57,773 bases of DNA from Chromera velia (Eukaryota), in assembly GCA_018398765.1 (NCBI GenBank), contig JAHBMJ010000077.1:1-57773 (forward strand). The letters run 5' to 3'. A program made the translations under genes and the position numbers. The notes beneath the pieces were generated by a model. It was not told the origin of the DNA. It did no database searches and saw nothing but the letters and a program-made list of their open reading frames with translations. Positions 48,957 through 57,773 of this stretch are shown here, in pieces (the first letter of the stretch is position 1; every line of letters starts with the position of its first letter).

Positions 48957-50502
48957 CTCATGGAGGCATATTGCGATGCGGGGCGGCGCATGGTGTGGTA
49001 CACGGCTTGGCCAATGAGAAAGTCACTGCCGATTATAGCCGAGAATTGCCCTCGGCTCAACTTGAAGTCAACCCGATCTAACCGAGAAAATCAGACCCTT
49101 TCAAGTTGAATCAAACCTAACTGTCAAAGCTGCTAAATACTGATCATAATACTGATCAACAGACTATTTGTTTAAAACGGTTCGATCGCTTAAAGATGGC
49201 AGACTTATCTTTAATCTTCATTATTAGTTTCAAAAGTATTCAAAGCGGTCTCTATATATATTTTTTTTTTTGATTAGAAAATTTTAACATGCATAGTCTT
49301 ATCGCCTTGGGGGGCAGCTGAGCTCTGCTGAGATCAGCCGAGAGGCCCTGAGATCGCACGGATCCGTGATGAATCCGCTAGTGGGCAAGCTAGCGAGCTA
49401 TACGGGGCTCTACATACATACAACTTACTTGAGTCTACTTCGGTACTCGTCTGTTGGGTCCTTCATTGTCACTTCGAGTCGTTTTGGTGAGATCCTTTCT
49501 GTATGGCTTGTCAAGTAATTCTTGCTTCGCATGTATGCATGTCTGTATCGCTTTCCAAGTGAATTCAAATACATATATGGATGCAACGTCACATCTGTTT
49601 CCATCTTTCCATCTCTGTATGTTCACGCTTTATGCTTCTTTCTGATACTAAGATCAGTCTCACTTCTGTTACCATTTGTTGTTGATGTGTTGCTTTAACA
49701 GTGTTGCTGCAACTGTGTTGTTTACACCGTTAAGGCTACCGCACGCCTGACACATGCTCGGTGGGCCGTCCGTTCTGTGGATCCGCTCCCGCGGCTGCGC
49801 ACGCCTGGCCCGTCCCACGGCCCATCGCCGCTTTCTAAATTAGGGCACAACAATCCGCATAACGCATTTTTTTATTTTTTGGGGGGGGGGTTCGGTTTTG
49901 TCTCTGTCCGTCCGTCACGGTGTCGCCCAAATTCCAAAATATGCCCCCCAAGCAAGTCGTACGGAGCAGTGATCGCATTATAATTACTTTGCTCCTCATG
50001 ATACGTGTCCCTCAAGTAACTCAGATGGAGTTGCATGTGTGTGGTCCCGAAAAGCATATTTTGCGTACGTTGCCGTGGCCCCCGCCACTTTACATAGGCA
50101 AGACATGCCCAAGTCGATCCCTGATGCTTTGCATCAATCAAGTTATGGCTGACCCCCTAAATAGCTCCCCGAGGCACTCACCCAACTGGTTGGGTGTATC
50201 CCGTATATAATAGATTCAAACTTAAATTTCAGAGTCACGATTTATTTTGTATTATCTCTGATGATTGAGGGTAATGGTGATTGAGGGTTTTGTTTTGAGG
50301 ATAATTGAGGAATTTGTTATGGAAGTCGCGTCCCCATATATAAGGATCGAGTAGATCTAGCCTAGGCAGTATAATATCATATGATTGTCTCTAAGTACAG
50401 ACTCATCAGTTTTAGCCTTACTGGGCCCTGGCATACCGCAGAAGCGTAGCGGAGGCGGCATAATGTATCCGTAATCTCTGCATGGTAGACTCAGACCAAC
50501 AG

Positions 50503-51296
50503 TGGCCCCGGAAAGCGAAACGGGGGGCACTTACAAAACAAAAATATCCTAGCTCATGTACGCATTGTCTTTCACCAAAAAAAGGCTCCGGAAAGATCCC
50601 GCCCCAAATGGTCCAGAAAAGCATGCATGAACTCGCGTCACCATGCATGCGTGCGTCAGTGGCCCCGAAAAGTAACAGGCCGCCCAGGCTTTTTTCCTGG
50701 GGGAGGTAGGGGGAGGGGGGGTTCTGCGGCTTTTCCTGTGGGGAGGGGTCGGCGCGACTGCCCAGTCGGCTGGCCGGCGTGCGTCAATCATGATTCGTGA
50801 AGTTCTCATTTTTCTTGCTTTCCGAGACTGTTCACAAGTTTGTTTGCATCAGATTCAATGACAGAAAATTTGTCTGTCTACATATATCTGATGTAAGCAA
50901 GCTTGTGAACGGCCCTGGAAAGCAAGAAAAATGAGAACTTCACGATTGATGCACGCCGGCCAGCTAGCCGACCGGGCGGTTGCGCCGACCCCCCCCCCAC
51001 CATCGGCCTAATTCCCTAAGCCTTCATATTAGATTGAATTAGGCCGATGGTGCAGTTATGCCATCGGAGGCTTCAGAATTAATTCAGGAGTTCTGCGGCT
51101 TTTCCCGCGGGGGGGGGGNGGGGGGGGGGGGGGGGAGTCGGCGTGACCGCCCGCGCGGTCGACTGGCCGGCGTGCGTCAATCGTGCAGTTCTCATTTTTC
51201 TTGCTTTCCGGGGCCGTTCGCAAGCTTGCTTGCGTCAGATGCATGGGCTGGGTATTTCTGTTTTGTAAGTGCCCCCCGCTTCGCTTTCCGGGGCCA
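50503..51296. repeat. Nested inverted/direct repeat complex upstream of the 51607 gene
   Basis: Outer IR at 50503-50560 / 51240-51296. A ~120-bp module at 50721-50854 (+), 50886-50998 (-) and 51090-51240 (+). Perfect 16-bp hairpin at 50999-51014 / 51036-51051. Confidence 0.9.
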
Positions 51297-51606
51297 TGCA
51301 GCGGCCGCGCGCGGGCCGGGCCCTATCCGGGCTCTACAGGTGCGTTGCCGGCGACGGCGATCGTTGGGTTGTCAGAAGTCACAATTCTTGAGAACCGCTT
51401 CTTTTGAGCTGTGTATGCTTGCGTTCCTAATCTTTGGCATTGTGAAGATCTTCTGGCTGCACCGTGTTGACAGCTGGGTTGTTGGATGCTTGGGTTTGTT
51501 ACTTCGATTTGAGCTGTACTCTTTTCGCGGTCTCCGTAGATTTCTTTCTCTTTTTTTCTGCTTAGAACACGTTCTGCTTTGTCGTACGCATCTATCCCTG
51601 CCCACG

Positions 51607-52437
51607 ATGAGCGTGTCTGGAGGTTCCAAGCTTAGGAGGGTCTTCTTCCCCGAGCAGGAGGAGCAGCGGCGGCTTCTGGCAGAGAACAAGGCAAAGAAGC
51701 GCGCGGAGACGGCTGCAGCTCTCCAGGCCCAAAACAAAGCCATGAAGGAGAAGCTGACCAATCAGGGCAGCCGTCTTGACAGGGTCTTCTCTCCTGATGT
51801 CCTCGCAGAGGGTCTCAAGAAGGGGGAAGAGAAGATCCAAGAGCGGCAGACCAAGGCACTAACCCTGGAGGAACAGTACAAGAAGCAAAGGGACTCTTTC
51901 AAGTCCATTAAGGGCAGAGACGTCAAGGCACTGTCCCAGGAGACGGAAGAAGCCCGTGCGAAGTGCGCCCTCCTTGCCAGAGAGGAGAAGGAGCGCTCCG
52001 TGCGCCGTCTCCTGAAAGAGAACAAGAATTTCTTTGACAAGGTCAAGAGCACAGTCTGCAAGACCCGCCGCCCCGTCTCTCCCCAACAGGAGGCCGAGAC
52101 AGGAGGCCCCGCAACTCCAGAGACCACACACGCGACCCCCGAGAAGGAGAAAAGGGCCCCGGCAGTCATTGCCGGGGCCTCCCTTGAGGACCGCCTCACA
52201 GCTGCACCCACCACTGCAGTCCACACCCCTGCACGCTCCGTTGTGCACCCCATGACGATGCCTTCTGCCTCCACCCCTCTGACAGTGCACGCCCACCCCC
52301 ATGCCGACTTCCGCCACCACCGCCACGTTCACGTCCACCACCCGCCCTACCCCGCTGTGCCCGCCCACCCGCACCCTGTGCAGCAGCCTGCTCATCACAT
52401 GAACAGGGCAGCCACCACCAGCTTCTGGGGGTGGTAG
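51607..52437 (+). CDS. Hypothetical coiled-coil protein with Thr/Pro/His-rich tail, 276 aa
   Basis: ATG at 51607 (MSVSGGSKLRRVFF). GC3-rich codons, E/K/R-rich helical repeats (RVFFPE / RVFSPD), His-rich C-terminus, TAG at 52437. Confidence 0.75.
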   Translation: MSVSGGSKLRRVFFPEQEEQRRLLAENKAKKRAETAAALQAQNKAMKEKLTNQGSRLDRVFSPDVLAEGLKKGEEKIQERQTKALTLEEQYKKQRDSFKSIKGRDVKALSQETEEARAKCALLAREEKERSVRRLLKENKNFFDKVKSTVCKTRRPVSPQQEAETGGPATPETTHATPEKEKRAPAVIAGASLEDRLTAAPTTAVHTPARSVVHPMTMPSASTPLTVHAHPHADFRHHRHVHVHHPPYPAVPAHPHPVQQPAHHMNRAATTSFWGW

Positions 52438-55116
52438 AGGTAGAGCGACACACAGGTCAGTGGGTTTTGCGTCTGAATGAACGACTCTGCTTTGCCGTTG
52501 TTTCCTGATATGACGACGTCACTGTTTCTCCGCATTATGGAGATTTTTGAACATGGGAAGGAAAGATCGATGAAGACACGCGGAAAGAGAAGAATGATGA
52601 GAGAGAGAGGCCTTCCCTCGCCTCTTTGGTTTTCGCTTGTTACCGGATTAGCGCGATGAAGAAAAACAATCCCTTCGCAAACGGAAATTAAATAGTCCCT
52701 AGTACAGCTTTTAAAGGGTCGTCCTTTTCTTTCATTCTATTAATGTGTGTTCACTGTTTGTCCGAGGGACCTCCAACAAACCCTTTTTTCCGTCCCAGAC
52801 GAGGCATGCCTCTTTCGGGCAATCCTTCCTTCAGGAATCGCACAGGTAGCTGCTTCCTCCTCACGTCTGCCTCCCCCCTTGCCTGCCTCGGTCCATGCAG
52901 ATCCAGCTGCAGGGGGGGCATCTGTCTGCCTCCTTACCGACAATCGGAAATGCATCGACCGTACTGCAGAAAGGAGGAGAGGATGGATGCCTGGGTCGGG
53001 GGTGGAGAAGAATATTTGTAGTGTGCAAGGAACGGACAGTCAGTTGAGAAGAAGATGACTCGAAGTAACAACAACAAAACTCAAGTTGGCAGTAGACGGG
53101 GGAGAAGGGAAAGATTGGTGAGACGCGAGGAGGTATGATAAAAGGATGGATGGATGGACGGGTGCATCGATGTAGCCCTAACTTCTTTGCTGACTGACAA
53201 CTAACTGGATTTTTGGTGAAACGAAAGCGTGGGTGGGGTGGCAGGGCACAGTGGAGGTGATCTGGCTCGGTTGGCGTAGACAGGGACTGGGGAGGGTGTA
53301 TGTCTCTGTCCGTCAACCCGGAAACTTCTGTCTGGAACTTTTTCAGAAGAGAGAACAAAACGCGATCGACTTGAAGAAGGAAGCAACAAAACGCGATCGA
53401 CCTTATGGTTGCTTGTTCCTTGCGCGAGAGCTTGCGGGTTTTTGAGGAAGACAGAAGTGATGAGGACCGATCTTCATTCGGTTCTTTCTTTCTTTCCTTC
53501 TTTCTTTTTTTGTTTTTTCCCCCCCATAACAGCTGCCCCTCGTCTTCTCTGCTCTCCTTGATGCAACAAAGACGCAGGGTGGGTGGAGACAGGTGAGAGC
53601 CTCAGTCCATCCCTCCGTCCCGAGCTTTGTCCACCTTTCCTTCCTTCCTTCCTTCCTTCCTTCCTTTCAGTCTCACTTTGGCAAATGTCTTCATGTTAAG
53701 GAAGCCTCCATGGGCGTGTCGGAAGAGCCCGAGAGAGACTCATGATTCATTGAATGGTTGACAGAGAAAACTCAGTTGCTGGTGCTGGCTGTGTGGTCTG
53801 TTGCTCGTTCGTGTGTCTCGATGAGGGTGGTGCACAAGCCGTAAGGGGGTACAAGAAGCGATGAAAGAACGGAGAGAAGGAGACAGAGAAAAGAGGTGAA
53901 CGGAAGAAGCAACCGTGGCTAGAGTGGAAGATGCCGTGCAGAATCTCGACAAAAAGAATGCTCCCTTCACCACCGTGCATGCTGAGAACAAGGAAGTCAA
54001 GATGGCGATTCAACGACTCTGCTGAGAGCGACAGAAAGACAAATCAAAGAAATCCCAGCCCCCAGCCTCCCCGACCAAACGTCAAGACGGTCTCTGGGTG
54101 CTCTAAGAAAATGCATAGTATCCGGTTTTTTCGTCTTCTGAATTGATCAAAAAGGAAAGTATTACTACTGTATGCATTGGTTCTTCTTCTTCTTCTTCTT
54201 CTTCTTCCTTTTTCTTTTACTCCTTCTCCTTCTGCTTCTTCTTCTTCTTCTTTTTCTTCTTGTCGTCTTCCCTGTTTACACGAAAGCTGCTTCTGTTGGT
54301 ATGAATCCGCAAAAGAGGGGAGGAAAAGCGATGGAGGTAACCGTTCCGAGAGAGAAACCAGGCAGATCGAGAAGCTTGGCTGCATGCCTTTGTGTCCATC
54401 CTGTCATAGTCCAGTACGAAATCATTGTGTGCCTTCCTTTTTCTGACCTGTTGTTTGTTGTTCTGTTTCTTGTCATGTGGATTGTTCCTCTATCTCTCTG
54501 TGTCCTCTCTTTGCATTTTGTCCTACAGAGAATCGAGGAGAAATTAAGGCAAGAAAAGATTTTCTTTGAAATCAGGATGAGTTCATTGCATGACAAGCAT
54601 AAGAAAAGTGCGAGAAAGACAATTCTTTCCCAGATTGTGTCAGTATCAAGGTTTTGGGGGGACCGTGCATGGGCGAGGAGTAGATCAAGCTAGAGATCAA
54701 GTAAGTGGAATTAAAGATAATAAAGAATGAGCAGAGTCAGAAGACTGTCTGGAGACGTGAAAGTTAAAATAAACGAAGAGAAGTTGTTTTTTGATGTTAA
54801 GCCGTCATAGGCTGTGTTATGGTGGGATTTATTAAAACATTGATAATCATTGTTTTAGCTGTATACTACCGTACCTTCTCCTAGCACTTCCGCAGTAGTT
54901 AGCGGCGGTACATACTCTACTAGTACGCACTAGGGTACATAGTATTTCAAATAAAAAACACGGATGAAAACTAGGGTAAAAACATTTTTTTTTCCTTTTT
55001 GAGTGGGAAAGCGTTCAACCACACGAAAGTGAAGAGGAGCAGCCAGCAGGGGGGGGGGCCCTGGCAGGCATATGGTGAGGCGCTAGTCAGAGTGAACCGC
55101 ATCTGTCAAGAGGCCG

Positions 55117-55568
55117 CAGCAGAAGAAGACGGCCAAGGCCCCCCGCGCGGCCAAACATCAGCAGGAGAAGACGGCCGAGGCCCCCCGCGCAGCCAAACAG
55201 CAGCAGAAGAAGACGGTAGAGGCCCCCCGCACAGCTAAACAGCAGCAGGAGAAGACGACCGAGGCCCTCCGTGCAGCCAAACAGCAGCAGGAGAAGATGG
55301 CCGAGGCCCCCCACACAGCTAAACAGCAGCAGGAGAAGGCAGCCGAGGCCCCCCGCGCAGCCAAACAGCAGCAGGAGAAGACGGCCGAGGCCCCCCACAC
55401 AGCCAAACAGCAGCAGGCGAAGACGGCCGAGGCCCCCCGTGCAGCCGAACAGCAGCAGGAGAAGACGGCCGAGGCTCCCCACACAGCCGAACAGCAGCAG
55501 AAGAAGATAGCCGAGGCCCCCCGCGCAGCCAAACAGCAGCAGGAGAAGACCAAAGGGGCCCCCCACGC
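55117..55568 (+). repeat. 42-bp coding minisatellite, ~11 units (KTAEAPRAAKQQQE)
   Basis: Unit AAGACGGCCGAGGCCCCCCGCGCAGCCAAACAGCAGCAGGAG recurs every 42 bp from ~55126 to ~55546. Confidence 0.95.
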
Positions 55569-57049
55569 GAGGCCCCGCACGATCGACCACTAAGAGAGAA
55601 GGAAAGTGAGGCGAATGCAGGCATACGAGCGGCCGAGGAGGAAAAGCGCCCCCTGACAAGAGAGGAGGCCGACCGCCTCATGGAGGCAGCCTACGGGGCC
55701 CCTAGGGAACCAGGAGGGAAGCCCCCCCTCGCTCAGGGAAGGTGGGAGAGAGAGTGGAGGCATGCACAACGTCTACACCCCAGCGGGCAGTACGCATTCC
55801 CCAAAAGGGGCACAGGGAGGAGGCTAGTATGGCTGACGCAATCCCTAATTGCAGGGATTAGGAGCGGGGACAACCTAAGCGAAGCGCTCCTGCTGATGCT
55901 AGACCTTACCCTCCGGAGAGACCCCCGTATCAAAAAGGCAAAGAAGGTACGGGAGACCATCGAGAGCAGGCTAGATTTGTGGGAGCAAGGGGAGAAGGGA
56001 AGAGAAACCCTCCTTCAGGAGGCAACCAAAATTAGCAGAAGAGCCCACAGCAGCAGCAGGAGGGGGGAGAGCGAGAGCCGATCAAAAAGGGAAGAACTCG
56101 AGAAGGCAGCGGGCCTCCCCAAGATGAGGAAATTTCGAAACTTCATCCAGGCACGGGAGATGAGGAGGGGAACACGGATACTGACAGGCCGAGAGAAAGG
56201 GGGAGTCCTGGATGGGGAAGATACCTTCACTAAGAGAGGACAAACCTACCAGGTAGCAGAGACCCTGAAAGCCAAACATCCCCCCGAAAAAACACCCCAA
56301 GCAGCAGCACTAGAAGCGATGCCCAGAGAGGGCCTCCCCACCCTCACCCCCCTCCTAATCACCGAGGAGGACATCGCCACAGTAGCACGCCGCCTCCAAG
56401 GCAGCGGAGCCGTCTGGATTCGATAGCACACAGCTCCGCACCACAGTCCTGAGCCTAGGGAGGGAGAGTAGAGAGTTACGGGAAGAACTTGCCAACTTAG
56501 CAACAGAAATGGGGAGGAGGGTGTTCGAGTGGGACCAGGTGAAGGCACTCATGGCATGCAGACTGGTTACGCTAGACAAATGCCCCGGGGTGCGCCCAGT
56601 AGGAATCGGGGAGGCGATCAGGCGCCCCCTCGGAAAAGCAGTGATGAAGGAGACTAGAGAGGAACTGCAGGAGGCATGCAGAGCCGATCAGCTGTGCAGT
56701 GGCCTCATGAGAGGCCTGGAAGGGGAGATTCATGCAGTGAGGGAGCTCTGGGAGACCCTCACAGAGGAAGCCGGCGACGACCCCGAGAAGGCATTCGGAA
56801 CCCTCCTAATAGACACCAAAAACGCCTTCAACGCAGCAAATCGCACAGCGGGGCTGTGGAACGCCCGTATACTCTGGCCCAGAGCCTCCACATTCTTCTT
56901 CAACTGCTATAGGGGGGATGCAGAGCTCTTCCTAAGAGGAACCCACGGGACTACCACCATCAGCAGCAGAGAGGGATGGACGCAAGGGGACCCGATATCC
57001 ATGGCAGGGTACGCCATCACCATCTTCCCCCTCGTCCGAGCTCTCCGAG

Positions 57050-57460
57050 GCAGCGGAAGCAGGCAAACGGAAAGCAAAACACAGTCGGAAGCAAGCGGGA
57101 GCAGCCAGGCAGCCGGAGAGAAACAGATAAGGATGAGGGAGAGCAGACAGGCAGATAGAGAGACACAGCCAGAATCGAGCGAGAACAGCCAGCCGGACAG
57201 AGAGAGTCAGACAGGGGCGAGTGAGAGCAGACAGGCAGACAGCAAGACACAGCCAGAAACGAGTGAGAGCAGCCAGCCAGACAGAGAGAATCAGTTAGGG
57301 GCGAGTGAGAGCAGACAGGCGGACAGAGAAACATAGCCAGGAACGAGTGAGAGCAGCCAGCCGGACAGAGAGAATCAGTCAGGGGCGATGGAGAGCAGGC
57401 TGAGACAGGCAGACAGAGAGAATCGGCCAGAGGCAAGCGAGAGCAGCCAGACAAACAGGG
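57050..57460 (+). repeat. 39/78-bp period coding repeat (GASESRQADRETQPETSESSQPDRENQ-like)
   Basis: Alternating GCGAGTGAGAGCAGACAGGCAGACAG and ACGAGTGAGAGCAGCCAGCCGGACAG units. Confidence 0.85.
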
Positions 57461-57627
57461 AGAAACAGACAGGGGCGAGAGACAGAAGACAGGAAGCTGA
57501 AGAGCATACATCTACTGCCATAACCACTCATACACCAAACCAGACAGGAAGAGAGGATAACCCGATATACAAGACAGGTAGACAGGCAGCCGCCCTTTCA
57601 TCATCTTCAGCTTCCTCCCCCATTCCA

Positions 57628-57773
57628 TCCTCCCCCTCCTCTCCCTCCCCCTCCTCTCCCTCCCCCTCCTCTCCCTCCCCCTCTTTCCCCTCCCCCTCCC
57701 CTCCCTCCCCCTCCTCTCCCTCCCCCTCCTCTCCCTCCCCCTCCTCTCCCTCCCCCTCCTCTCCCTCCCCCTC
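57628..57773. repeat. C/T-rich ~16-bp minisatellite (CCCCTCCTCTCCCTCC-like)n running off the window end
   Basis: Directly visible. Confidence 0.95.

Larger units (their letters stand above)
55000..57500 (+). mobile_element. Degenerate non-LTR retrotransposon, CRE-like reverse transcriptase
   Basis: RT motifs GSG/PSGFD (frameshift at ~56409), ACRLVTLDKCPGVRPVGIGEAIRR, QLCSG..GLEGEIHA, LLIDTKNAFN and QGDPISM. No YADD-type motif seen in the window. Element boundaries are uncertain. Confidence 0.8.

Noticed and set aside
48118..49017. 299-aa hydrophobic plus-strand ORF
   Set aside because: Pyrimidine-rich antisense of a degenerate repeat, no ATG start and no motif.
51058..51606. N-terminal extension of the 459-aa ORF
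   Set aside because: Runs through the palindromic promoter repeats and a poly-G with an N. Coding-like composition begins at ATG 51607.
55117..55568. Regularly spaced repeats resembling a CRISPR array
   Set aside because: Contiguous 42-bp units without unique spacers, in-frame peptide repeat, eukaryotic context and no cas genes.

Overview
Eukaryotic nuclear DNA with GT-AG introns, many microsatellites and decayed transposons. It is most likely a chromerid/apicomplexan-related alveolate such as Chromera (inferred from the voltage-sensor/adenylyl-cyclase fusion gene and the TGCATGCA promoter motifs). Supported genes: a 12-exon ion-channel-like adenylyl cyclase (-), a divergent hypothetical gene (+), a Ser-rich membrane-anchored protein (+), a head-to-head DUF1989 (-) / PhyH dioxygenase (+) pair, a trypsin-fold protease-like locus (-), a TPR + DUF4470 protein (+), mitochondrial ribosomal protein uL6m (-) and a coiled-coil protein (+). 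Mobile DNA: an internally deleted Copia element with both LTRs and a 5-bp TSD, a broken CRE-like non-LTR retroelement, two MITE-like elements, a tRNA-like relic, and several direct and inverted repeats. Four leads stand out. (1) The cyclase has lost both metal-binding Asp residues but keeps the C2-type K/N/R residues. (2) Repeat copies differ almost only by CpG and CpA transitions, a RIP-like pattern, while promoter-proximal DNA keeps its CpGs. (3) The protease-like ORF carries a viral 3C-type GxCG...IHxxG motif. (4) Most inferred splice donors are GTC rather than GTR. All alignments and exon models were done by eye and need computational and RNA-seq confirmation.
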